The position numbers and the translations under genes are program-made. From NCBI GenBank assembly GCA_001805445.1, contig MHGF01000003.1, positions 184,429 through 248,428 of the forward strand: a DNA stretch of 64,000 bases, in the 5' to 3' direction. Below the pieces are notes generated by a model. It was not told where the DNA came from. It worked only from the letters and a program-made list of their open reading frames with translations, and ran no database searches. Below are positions 19,078-27,688 of the stretch, piece after piece; position 1 is the stretch's first letter, and each line of letters opens with the position of its first letter. The stretch is from Omnitrophica WOR_2 bacterium GWF2_43_52 (GTDB lineage: Bacteria > Omnitrophota > Gorgyraeia > Gygaellales > UBA12090).

Positions 19078-20229
19078 ATGAAAACATTCGCTAAGAAAAT
19101 CGCACGGAAGCTGGGGCTGCGTTTTGACGACCTTGTCTGGCCTTATTATTGGGCCGCGTATAACTTTTTAGGTGGGAAGGCGTTTAATCCCCTAAAAATA
19201 ACCATAGAGCTTACCTATGGGTGCAACCTTCGCTGTAAAATGTGCCCTTTGGAAAATGCCAAGGCTGATGAACACACGCCAGCGCCAAATTCTCAAAAGG
19301 AATTATCAATTGATGAACTGCAAGGCTTTGTTAATGACTTAAAAAAGCTTAAGGTAAAATCTATCCTGCTTACCGGCGGTGAGCCTTTTATAAAAAAAGA
19401 TATTGAAAAGCTCATCGCGAAGATTAAAGAAAATAACTTTTACTGCTGTATCCTCAGCAACGGCTATTTTATTACCGAGTATCACGCCAAGAAATTAGTG
19501 GATGCCAAGGTTGACCTGATCAGTTTTTCTATGGACGGGCCCCAAGCGCTGCACAATAAAATCCGGGGCGTTGACGATTCTTTTGAGAAAATATGCCAAA
19601 GCATAAAACTCATTCAAGCCGAGAAAAAACGCGCCCATTCAGCGCTTCCCAGAATCATCCTTAATTGCACCATTTCCGCGCTTAACCAGGAGCACATAAG
19701 TGAAATTGTTGATATTGCTCATGAATTGGGGGTTGAATTAGTAGATTATATGTACCTGTTTTATACCAACCCGGAAAAAATCACCGCTACAAAGAGTGTT
19801 ATGGCGGTAGGCAGCCTAAAGCCGGAAAGCCAAATCCTGCCTGAGAGCATAAAAAAGATAGATGCCCAAAAGCTTATTCAGGAGGTCAACCGGGCTAGGA
19901 ATAAGGCAAAGGAATATAACATCTCTATCGGCTTTAATCCTCCGCTTAAGGACAGTGAAATCGAGAAAAGGTTTTTTGATGATTCATTTTCTTTTAGCTC
20001 AAAATGCTTTTATCCCTGGTTTGAAACCAGGCTTGACCCTTACGGCAATGTCTATCCCTGCTCTTTAGACGTTCCAATGGGTAATATCAGAAAAATGCCT
20101 TTTAGCCAAATCTGGAACGGCGCTCAGTATATTGATTTTCGCAATAAGCTAAAACAGCATAAATTATTGCCGATGTGCGCCAAATGCTGCAAGCTGGTGT
20201 ATCGCTATTGGTCAAAGCTTCCCACCTGA
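19078..20229 (+). CDS. Radical SAM / SPASM-domain enzyme
   Basis: YGCNLRCKMCP is a CxxxCxxC motif. TGGEPF is the glycine-rich motif. The C-terminal Cys-rich region (CSLDVPMGN…CAKCCKL) follows. Confidence 0.65.
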   Translation: MKTFAKKIARKLGLRFDDLVWPYYWAAYNFLGGKAFNPLKITIELTYGCNLRCKMCPLENAKADEHTPAPNSQKELSIDELQGFVNDLKKLKVKSILLTGGEPFIKKDIEKLIAKIKENNFYCCILSNGYFITEYHAKKLVDAKVDLISFSMDGPQALHNKIRGVDDSFEKICQSIKLIQAEKKRAHSALPRIILNCTISALNQEHISEIVDIAHELGVELVDYMYLFYTNPEKITATKSVMAVGSLKPESQILPESIKKIDAQKLIQEVNRARNKAKEYNISIGFNPPLKDSEIEKRFFDDSFSFSSKCFYPWFETRLDPYGNVYPCSLDVPMGNIRKMPFSQIWNGAQYIDFRNKLKQHKLLPMCAKCCKLVYRYWSKLPT

Positions 20230-20230
20230 C

Positions 20231-20271
20231 TTACCGAGGCTAAGCCTCGTTTACGAGGCTTAGCCTCGGTA
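20231..20271. repeat. REP family B: inverted pair of ACCGAGGCTAAGCCTCGT / TACGAGGCTTAGCCTCGGTA
   Basis: A 41-bp composite palindrome. Related units occur at 1583-1605, 23568-23589 and in tandem at 38866-38905. Confidence 0.5.
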
Positions 20272-20281
20272 TGACAAAAAG

Positions 20282-23200
20282 ATGAAAAAAATCGCTTTTA
20301 TTTTTTCCCAGTTCCCCTGCTACGATGAAACCTTTATCTTGCGGGAGATGAATGCCTTGAAGGAAGAAGGGCTTGATTTTATGATATTTTCCCTAAAAAC
20401 CCCTAAGGATGCAATCATTCATTCTGAGGCAAGGGAATTGGCGCAGGATACTTTGTATATACCTTTTCTATCGCTTAAAGTATTTCTGGCGCAACTTTCC
20501 ACTTTGTTGATACATCCTCTTAAATACATAGGCGCGTTTTTTCATATTGTGAAGATATATATCAAAAGCAGCGATTTCCTATTAAAGTCTCTTGCCCTGT
20601 TTCCAGAATCCGTGTACGCGGCGAAACTATTTAAGAAAATGGAAATAAGCCATATCCACGCCCAATGGGCAACGCATCCGGCAACAAGCGCCATCATTAT
20701 CTCTCGGCTCACCGGCATACCATTTAGCTTTACCGGCCATGCCCATGATATTTATGTAAGCACGGCAGGGCTGAAAGAGAAGATACGGGACGCGCGGTTT
20801 GTGGTGACGTGTACTGAAGATAATAAGAAATACTTGGAAAAATTAATAAATAGTCACCAGGTCACCACGTCACAAGGTCACAAGGTAGAACAAAGTCACA
20901 AGGTCACAAGTCACAAGTCACAAGTTAAAATTATAGTTAACTACCATGGGGTTGATTTAAAGCGTTTTAGCGCCCTACATCCCACATCTGAGGTCACGCA
21001 TCCTACATCCATCGTCCATCGTCCATTTCACATCCTCTCTGTCGGAAGTCTCCTGGAATGCAAAGGTTTTGACACCTTGATTGAGGCCTGCGGGCTTTTG
21101 AAGGAGAGAGGCATTGACTTTGAATGTACGATTGCCGGAGGAGGGAGGCTTCTTAGTAGCCTACAGTCCATGGCCCAGAGTAGACAGTTAAAAGATAATG
21201 TAAAATTTACAGGATATATTACCCAAGATAAGCTCATCCCATTATATCAGGAAGCGGATGTGTTTGTTTTGGCTATGGTGCCGGATATTCATTGGGGGAT
21301 TCCCAATGTCCTGCTTGAGGCTGCCAGCTGCGCTGTGCCAATTGTCTGCACGATGCTGCCATCTATCCCGGAACTGATTGAAGACGGCAAAACAGGCTTC
21401 ATTACTCCACCCAAAGACCCAAAGGCAATAGCGGATATACTGGAAAAACTGTATCGCGATGAAGCAATCAGAAAACAAGCAGGGGAAGCGGCACAAGCTG
21501 TAATTGAAGATAAGTTTGACACAGTAAAAAATGCCCAAAGGCTGAAAGAATTATTTTCCACCAATTCACCAAAACAACCTACGAGGTTGAAAATTCAACC
21601 TCGTAGGTTGTTTATGCGGTCATTACTCAGCACAATTTTTTACTTGTTTACTTTTTTTCGTAAGAGAGAAGGGATACTTGTGCTTAATTACCACCGGGTA
21701 AACGATACTCTGGCTGTCAACGAGTTAGTGGTAAGCACAAAAACCTTTGAAGAGCAGATGCGCTATCTTAAAGAGCATAACTATAGAGTGATTGGGTTAC
21801 AACAAATGCTCAACGGGCTAAGCGTTGCCCCGCTTAAGCGCGAACCGGTTCACCCGCGAACTGTCCTGATAACCTTTGATGATGGTTTTCAGGATAATTA
21901 CCTTAATGCTTTCCCGATACTCAAGAAGTTTGGCTTCCCCGCGGTACTATTCTTAACTACAGGGATGATTGATACAGACAAAAAGTTTAAGAAGTACACA
22001 CATATGCCAAGCCCGGATATGCTCACTTGGAGCCAGGTAAGAGAAATGCACAATTACGGAATTGAATTTGGCGCGCATACCGTAACTCATAAACTGCTTA
22101 CTCACATAAGCGTTGACGAAGCAACAAAAGAAATACGAGAGTCGGGAAAATTAGTGTGCGAATTCGCGAGTTCAAAGACATGCGCGTTTTGCTATCCCGC
22201 GGGAGACTACAACAAAAAAATCAAAGAGATAGTCAGTGAATCTGGCTATACCTGCGCCTTCACGGTAAAACCGGGGATAAACCAAAGTACTGACGATTTA
22301 TTCGCGCTTAAGCGCACCGCGATAAATGGTAATGACAGCCTCTTTGATTTCAGGAAAAAACTCGCTGGTGCCTATGACGCACTCCACACCTTTATCCAGG
22401 CGCGAAAAAGTCCTCACTCGTTCCGCGTCCATCGTCCATCGTCCATCGTCAATCGTCAATCGTCTCCCCTGAATGTCCTTTATATCATCTGGTCTTTGGG
22501 CTTAGGAGGAGCAGAACAGGTAGTAATTAACCTCGCGCGAGGCTTAGACAAAAGTAAGTTTAAGCCGATGGTTTGCTGCTTAAACGACAAAGGCGTATTT
22601 GCCGATGAATTGGAAAAAGAGGGAATAAAGGTTATCGCTTTAAATAAAGGCGGGAAATACGATATTACGGTTATTGGTAAATTAATCAGTGTTATGCGAG
22701 CAAACAAAATATCAATAGTCAATACGCATCTTTGGGGGGCAAACCTCTGGGGAAGGATTGCGGCAAAAATTGCTCATATTCCTGTGGTAATTGCTACAGA
22801 GCACAACACCGATATATGGAAAAGTAACTTCTATTTTGTACTTGATAAAGCGCTCAGCTATTGTTGCGATAAAATCATCGCGGTTTCAGGAAGCGTCAAG
22901 GAATTCTACCAGAGTAAAGGAATTAACCCGGGAAAGATAGAAGTAATTTATAATGGAATAAAAGCACATGGGTCACCACGTCACCACGTCACCACGTCAC
23001 ATACGAGAGAAAATTTTGGAATTAAGAATGATGAAACGGTTTTAGCCATCATCGGCAGGCTGGTTCCCCAAAAGGGGCATAAATATCTTTTTGAGGCGTT
23101 GGGGTTGTTAAACGGTTATTGCAAAACGAAATTATTGGTCATAGGAGACGGCCCTTTAAAAGAAGAACTACGCTCAATCGCAAGCAGCCTGCAGCTAAAG

Positions 23201-23596
23201 GATAAAATCATATTTACCGGCTTGAGAAGGGATGTGCTGGACTTACTAAAGATTGTTGATATTGTGGTTATGCCTTCATTGCGGGAAGGCCTGCCGATTA
23301 TCGCCCTTGAGGCAATGGCATCTAAACTTCCGGTAATCGCCACCAAGGTAGGCGGAAATCCAGAAGTCATTACAGACAACCAAACCGGAATATTAGTCCC
23401 CGCGGAGAATACCATAGCCTTGCTGAGGGCAATAGAAAAATTAACTAAAGACAAGGCCTTACGCGAGCAATTGGGAGAAAACGGCTACACTCGGCTCAAG
23501 AAGCATTTTTCAATAGAAAAGATGGTTTCAGCCACGGAAGAATTGTATCTAAAGATATATAGACACAAAACGAGGCTTAGCCTCGTAATAGAATGA
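20282..23596 (+). CDS. 1104-aa tri-domain ORF: GT4 glycosyltransferase, CE4 polysaccharide deacetylase (NodB-like), GT4 glycosyltransferase, joined by repeat-encoded linkers
   Basis: Domain 1 ends …GIPNVLLEAASCAVPIVCTMLPSIPELIEDGKTGFI. Domain 2 carries VLNYHRV…VLITFDDGFQDNY…FGAHTVTHKLL. Domain 3 carries …GLPIIALEAMASKLPVIATKVGGNPEVITDNQTGILV. All three are in one frame with no stop codon. The junctions are occupied by REP A (21575-21610) and by 7-8-nt tandem repeats. Confidence 0.55.
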   Translation: MKKIAFIFSQFPCYDETFILREMNALKEEGLDFMIFSLKTPKDAIIHSEARELAQDTLYIPFLSLKVFLAQLSTLLIHPLKYIGAFFHIVKIYIKSSDFLLKSLALFPESVYAAKLFKKMEISHIHAQWATHPATSAIIISRLTGIPFSFTGHAHDIYVSTAGLKEKIRDARFVVTCTEDNKKYLEKLINSHQVTTSQGHKVEQSHKVTSHKSQVKIIVNYHGVDLKRFSALHPTSEVTHPTSIVHRPFHILSVGSLLECKGFDTLIEACGLLKERGIDFECTIAGGGRLLSSLQSMAQSRQLKDNVKFTGYITQDKLIPLYQEADVFVLAMVPDIHWGIPNVLLEAASCAVPIVCTMLPSIPELIEDGKTGFITPPKDPKAIADILEKLYRDEAIRKQAGEAAQAVIEDKFDTVKNAQRLKELFSTNSPKQPTRLKIQPRRLFMRSLLSTIFYLFTFFRKREGILVLNYHRVNDTLAVNELVVSTKTFEEQMRYLKEHNYRVIGLQQMLNGLSVAPLKREPVHPRTVLITFDDGFQDNYLNAFPILKKFGFPAVLFLTTGMIDTDKKFKKYTHMPSPDMLTWSQVREMHNYGIEFGAHTVTHKLLTHISVDEATKEIRESGKLVCEFASSKTCAFCYPAGDYNKKIKEIVSESGYTCAFTVKPGINQSTDDLFALKRTAINGNDSLFDFRKKLAGAYDALHTFIQARKSPHSFRVHRPSSIVNRQSSPLNVLYIIWSLGLGGAEQVVINLARGLDKSKFKPMVCCLNDKGVFADELEKEGIKVIALNKGGKYDITVIGKLISVMRANKISIVNTHLWGANLWGRIAAKIAHIPVVIATEHNTDIWKSNFYFVLDKALSYCCDKIIAVSGSVKEFYQSKGINPGKIEVIYNGIKAHGSPRHHVTTSHTRENFGIKNDETVLAIIGRLVPQKGHKYLFEALGLLNGYCKTKLLVIGDGPLKEELRSIASSLQLKDKIIFTGLRRDVLDLLKIVDIVVMPSLREGLPIIALEAMASKLPVIATKVGGNPEVITDNQTGILVPAENTIALLRAIEKLTKDKALREQLGENGYTRLKKHFSIEKMVSATEELYLKIYRHKTRLSLVIE
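20853..20924 (+). repeat. Tandem GTCACCA / GTCACAAG units (about 8 copies) inside domain 1 of the fused ORF
   Basis: caccaggtcaccacgtcacaaggtcacaaggtagaacaaagtcacaaggtcacaagtcacaagtcacaag, which encodes a Ser/Thr/His/Lys-rich stretch. Confidence 0.6.
21575..21610. repeat. REP family A pair embedded in-frame inside the fused ORF (at the GT4 / deacetylase junction)
   Basis: CAACCTACGAGGTTGAA-a-TTCAACCTCGTAGGTTG, translated as …QPTRLKIQPRRLFM…. Confidence 0.6.
22426..22464 (+). repeat. 5.5 tandem copies of the heptamer CGTCCAT / CGTCAAT inside the ORF (at the deacetylase / GT4 junction)
   Basis: cgtccat cgtccat cgtccat cgtcaat cgtcaat cgtc. The unit length is not a multiple of 3. Confidence 0.65.
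22972..23001 (+). repeat. Tandem octamer GTCACCAC x3 (+GTCACAT) inside domain 3
   Basis: gtcaccacgtcaccacgtcaccacgtcacat, encoding SPRHHVTTSH. Confidence 0.55.
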
Positions 23597-26500
23597 ACAA
23601 AAAAATAATACTTATTGCTTTAGGCGGTTTTATCGCGGGAATACTCTTTTGCGGAGGAAGTTATATTGCATTTAAAAAATCAAAGCCATTTATTAAAAAG
23701 GTGGCGAAAAAGCTGGAGGAGCGAAGGATTGCCGCTATCCCAAAGGCAAAAGAACCGCTTACACTTTTTGACTTTGAAACTCCTGCTGATACGGGGAAAT
23801 GGTCTGTAAGCCGCGCGGCGATAGATCTTTCCCTGGAACACCCGGCAAGCGGCGCGTCATGCGCGAAAATCACCTTTTTGCCTTCAGGGGCGGCATCATC
23901 AATACGCTTAGATACCTATTTTGAGAAAAATAAAGCCTTGCAAGACTGGTCTCGCTATGAAGTCATTACTTTTGATATCTTTAACCCGTCTTCCACGACA
24001 GAAAGAATAATCCTGCAAATTAAAGATACCAATGATGATAAAATCAAAAGAGACTTATACCTTGAACCTAACACCAATAACCACATAGAAGTTGATATCT
24101 CGGAATTATGGGGAGCATTAAAACCATCCCACCTAAACCAATTCAACCTTTTTCTCTGGGACAATAAGGCTACAAAAGTATTCTATCTTGATAACCTAAG
24201 GCTCCTGCCTTCGGCGATGCTTGAGAAGAAAAACATCAATATCGCTTCTGAAGAATATTTGCCTAAGCCGCAGGAGAAAATTTACGCGATAGAAGACTAT
24301 TTCGCGTTTAATGACCTGAAATGGAAAAAAACCGACCCCCAGACTAACACCGCCTATGTCGCGATACCGCTTATGCTCAGTAAAAATTATCTGCCTAGCG
24401 TTCCAGTAAACCTACCTATATGCGGCGGGATTCCTTTAGGAAAGGGGCAACTCTATACTATTGAAAATTTAGAATTGGTTGATAGCCAAGGTGTTCAGAT
24501 ACCCGCGCAAACCAAGATAATGGCTACGTGGCCTGATAAAAGCATCAAATGGCTGTTATTAAATAGCATCATCCCTGTCTCAAGCCAAGAGAAAAATAAC
24601 TATTACCTGCGATATGCTAAGGATATCCAAAGGCAAACGTATCAGGCTAAGCTCACTGTAGAGGAGAATCAAAATGAGGTAACGGTTAATACCGGAAAAC
24701 TTAGATTCACCATCAGTAAGCGAGGTTTTTGCCTGCTAAACAAGGTATGGCTTGATAAAAACAGCGACAGCACCTATGACGAAGCGGAAAGCCTCTCTTC
24801 ACAAGGTGACATGGTAATCGTGCACAAGGGCAAAGAATACAAGAGCTCTTTGGATAAAAATTATTCCCTTACTATTGAGGAATCAGGGCCGATAAGAGTC
24901 TGCTTAAAGGCGCAGGGATGGTTTGTGGCGGAAAACGGCAAAAAATTCTGCCAATTCAGTACCCGTATCTATGCGTTTGAAGGCTCAAGCTATATCAAAG
25001 TCCAACACACTTTTGTCTATACCGGCTACCCTGAAAATAAAGTGCATTATCTTTATAAAGGTAAACGCCTTCCCGAGAATGAAACCATTGACGCGATTTA
25101 TATCAAAACCCCGCTTAATGTAGGTGAAAATAAGCAATTCACTTTTGCCGCTGATAATAAAATTATGCAGGCGGGTTTAACAGAAAATACGGAATTCCTG
25201 CAAAGTAAATTTAATAGTTACACAATAACTAAGGGCGCCAATAGCCTGGGCTCAGGCGCTAAATTAGACGGCTGGATTGATGTAAGCACGCAAAGCGAAG
25301 GGGTAACCCTCGGAATAAAAAACTTCTGGCAGCAATACCCCAAAGGCTGGCTTTTAGATAAAGAGAAGAAAAATATCATTACCTATATCTGGCCGGCTCA
25401 GGCGGGAAAACTTGATTTTAAGACTACCCCTGAGGCTCTTGGGCCTGATTCGGTAGCCCGCGGCAGCGCCTTCGGAGTAGCTAAAACACATGAGCTGTTT
25501 TTTTATTTTCATACAGGGGATTACGCGGCGTCAAACGCGAAAGATATAGCCTATAGCTTAACCTCGGATATGCTAGTAACAGCAGCGCCGCAATGGGTAG
25601 CGGATACTAAGGTTTTAGGCAGGATATATCCGGCAGACAGCAGATTCTCTCAGGCAGAAGAATTTTTAAGCCGTCTATTTGACTGGGGCGCGCGTCAAAT
25701 TGAAAACTTCGGCTGGTACGGGATGGTTGATTTCGGCGATACCTTAAGCTGGCATAGAGACTCGGATGAAGATAATTCCTACGATACCGCGGACTGGCAT
25801 CCGGTGGGGCGGTGGGGGTGGTTTAATTGCGAGGCAGTGGGCACGCATACAGGGGCATTAATGCAATTCCTACGCAGCGCTGACTATAAATATTTAAAAT
25901 TCGGGGCAAATCAGGCGCGGCATAGTATGGATATAGATACCTGCCATTATAATACCGTTAGTAATGACAAACGCTTAAAAGGCGTAATCCCCGATGACTA
26001 TAGCCGGGTCGGCTCTATGCATAGGCATAATGGCAACCATTGGGGTGACCGTAATGAAGAAGCCTCTCATACTAATCTGACAGGATTGCTTTTGTATTAC
26101 TATATCACCGGCGATGAAAGGGCACATGATGTGCTTGATGAAATGGGAAGCTTCTTCTTAAATGAAAGGCTCACCTATTTTCGCCATCCTGATATGGCGC
26201 CGCAGCGTTCTATTGCCAATGTGCTTTGGGGCGAAGTGCTCTTATACGAACTGACCGCTGATGAAAGATATAAAAAAGCGGCGGATACATGGGCGGGATT
26301 ATTGTACCTTGGCCAAAAACATGATGGGGCATGGGCTGAAGATTATAACCCGGTTAAAAAGAGATGGGACGGAAGGCCTCATGGGGGCTATATCCGGGAA
26401 TATACCATACCTGCCTTAATTGCCTATCATCAGCTTACCGGCAACAAGGCTATTGCCGGCTCAATTCTTAAAGCGACAGAGTATGTAATCAAGACAGAGG

Positions 26501-26727
26501 AATATGGGGCATATTTTGACGGCTCCGCCTATTGCTATTGGTTAACAGGGGATAGGAGATATTTAGCTAACCTCCAGCAAAGATTAGATTATAGCATTAA
26601 CCATCAACGAAAAAGCAGCGACCCCCTGCAGGATGGCATGATTTACCAAAAGGCATATTACGCGCGGGTGATGGAATATCTGTATAAAATGCCCTTCGCC
26701 CTTGAGCCGCTTACTCATGAAAAATAA
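23593..26727 (+). CDS. Large (1044 aa) N-terminally membrane-anchored protein of unknown function; possibly a carbohydrate-binding module plus an alpha/alpha-toroid polysaccharide lyase/hydrolase-like domain
   Basis: An N-terminal transmembrane helix is followed by a beta-rich module, then a C-terminal region rich in W/H/D/Y (…HRHNGNHWGDRNEEASHTNLTGLLLYYYITGDERAHD…) reminiscent of heparinase-II/III-like folds. No firm motif match. The gene overlaps its neighbours by 4 and 26 nt, so it lies in the operon. Confidence 0.3.
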   Translation: MNKKIILIALGGFIAGILFCGGSYIAFKKSKPFIKKVAKKLEERRIAAIPKAKEPLTLFDFETPADTGKWSVSRAAIDLSLEHPASGASCAKITFLPSGAASSIRLDTYFEKNKALQDWSRYEVITFDIFNPSSTTERIILQIKDTNDDKIKRDLYLEPNTNNHIEVDISELWGALKPSHLNQFNLFLWDNKATKVFYLDNLRLLPSAMLEKKNINIASEEYLPKPQEKIYAIEDYFAFNDLKWKKTDPQTNTAYVAIPLMLSKNYLPSVPVNLPICGGIPLGKGQLYTIENLELVDSQGVQIPAQTKIMATWPDKSIKWLLLNSIIPVSSQEKNNYYLRYAKDIQRQTYQAKLTVEENQNEVTVNTGKLRFTISKRGFCLLNKVWLDKNSDSTYDEAESLSSQGDMVIVHKGKEYKSSLDKNYSLTIEESGPIRVCLKAQGWFVAENGKKFCQFSTRIYAFEGSSYIKVQHTFVYTGYPENKVHYLYKGKRLPENETIDAIYIKTPLNVGENKQFTFAADNKIMQAGLTENTEFLQSKFNSYTITKGANSLGSGAKLDGWIDVSTQSEGVTLGIKNFWQQYPKGWLLDKEKKNIITYIWPAQAGKLDFKTTPEALGPDSVARGSAFGVAKTHELFFYFHTGDYAASNAKDIAYSLTSDMLVTAAPQWVADTKVLGRIYPADSRFSQAEEFLSRLFDWGARQIENFGWYGMVDFGDTLSWHRDSDEDNSYDTADWHPVGRWGWFNCEAVGTHTGALMQFLRSADYKYLKFGANQARHSMDIDTCHYNTVSNDKRLKGVIPDDYSRVGSMHRHNGNHWGDRNEEASHTNLTGLLLYYYITGDERAHDVLDEMGSFFLNERLTYFRHPDMAPQRSIANVLWGEVLLYELTADERYKKAADTWAGLLYLGQKHDGAWAEDYNPVKKRWDGRPHGGYIREYTIPALIAYHQLTGNKAIAGSILKATEYVIKTEEYGAYFDGSAYCYWLTGDRRYLANLQQRLDYSINHQRKSSDPLQDGMIYQKAYYARVMEYLYKMPFALEPLTHEK

Positions 26728-27613
26728 AGACGCGATAATAATTGACAAGAAACCTCTCGTGCTGATGTACCATTCGGTAGGAGCGCCTGGCCCTTGCGAG
26801 GTGGGAGCGGAGCTGTATTGCGTCAACACCGAAAATTTCAGGAAGCAGATGGAGTATATCTCAAAAGTCACCAGGTCACTCCCGACGCTTCGGTCGGGAC
26901 AGGCAGGTCACCAAGTTACCAGCTCGCAAAATACAAAGGATGAGGAACGAGAGAAGAAAGACGATAGAGAAGGGATGATGGAAGATGGACAAGAAAAAAG
27001 AAACCACAGACCATTGACTATAGACCATCGACCAATTGTAATAACTTTTGACGACGGATTGCTCGATAATTACACGAATGCCTATCCTATACTCAAGGAA
27101 TTAGGACTAAAAGCGTATTTCTTTATTTTAGCCTCGAAAATCGGGACTGAAGGTTTTATGAACTGGGAACAGATAAAAGAATTAAAGAGTGCGGGAATGT
27201 ATATAGGCTCGCATGGAATGACTCACCGAATATTGACTGAGCTTAACGACGCGGACATGGAGTATGAATTACGTAAGTCTAAGCAACTCTTAGAAAAAAA
27301 CCTGGCTTGCAGTAGTGACTATCTCTCTATCCCGCGAGGATTCTACAATCAAAAGGTTATTGCCAAGGCAAAAGAAGCCGGCTACAAAGCGATTTTTACT
27401 TCTAATCCCAAAGATAACGATGGTTTTACCTTCGGCCGTATCGCGGTAAAAGGAAATTGGGACACAAACTACTTTATACGCGTCACTAAGAAAGGGCTGT
27501 CTTTAAAAGACAAAACTAAGGAGCTATTAAAGAACACTTCCAAAAAAATATTAGGCGCTAAAACCTACGACACCCTAAGAACCACCCTCCTCAAACCAAA
27601 TTCAACCTCGTAG
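26702..27613 (+). CDS. CE4 polysaccharide deacetylase (NodB homology domain) carrying a repeat-derived low-complexity insertion
   Basis: LVLMYHSV … IVITFDDGLLDNY … GSHGMTHRIL … are NodB motifs. Between the N-terminal YHSV block and the TFDDG motif lies a K/E/D-rich segment of about 57 aa encoded by 26866-27037, which contains GTCACCA units and a CCCGACGCTTCGGTCGGG hairpin. Confidence 0.6.
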   Translation: MSRLLMKNKDAIIIDKKPLVLMYHSVGAPGPCEVGAELYCVNTENFRKQMEYISKVTRSLPTLRSGQAGHQVTSSQNTKDEEREKKDDREGMMEDGQEKRNHRPLTIDHRPIVITFDDGLLDNYTNAYPILKELGLKAYFFILASKIGTEGFMNWEQIKELKSAGMYIGSHGMTHRILTELNDADMEYELRKSKQLLEKNLACSSDYLSIPRGFYNQKVIAKAKEAGYKAIFTSNPKDNDGFTFGRIAVKGNWDTNYFIRVTKKGLSLKDKTKELLKNTSKKILGAKTYDTLRTTLLKPNSTS

Positions 27614-27659
27614 GTTGAAACAATTTGTCGTCGGGAATAAAATTCAACCTCGTAGGTTG
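27601..27659. repeat. REP family A composite: TTCAACCTCGTAGGTTGAA - conserved linker (AATTTGTCGTCGGGA) - TTCAACCTCGTAGGTTG
   Basis: Lies immediately upstream of the RAYT gene. The same linker occurs in the copies at 30414-30475 and 45486-45546. Confidence 0.65.
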
Positions 27660-27688
27660 TTTTGGGAAATAGGAGGAAAACAAAATTT

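Noticed and set aside
20853-23001. Tandem short repeats considered as a possible CRISPR array
   Set aside because: The units are only 7-8 nt with no unique spacers, they lie inside an ORF, and no cas genes are present. They are micro-satellite-like linkers, not CRISPR.
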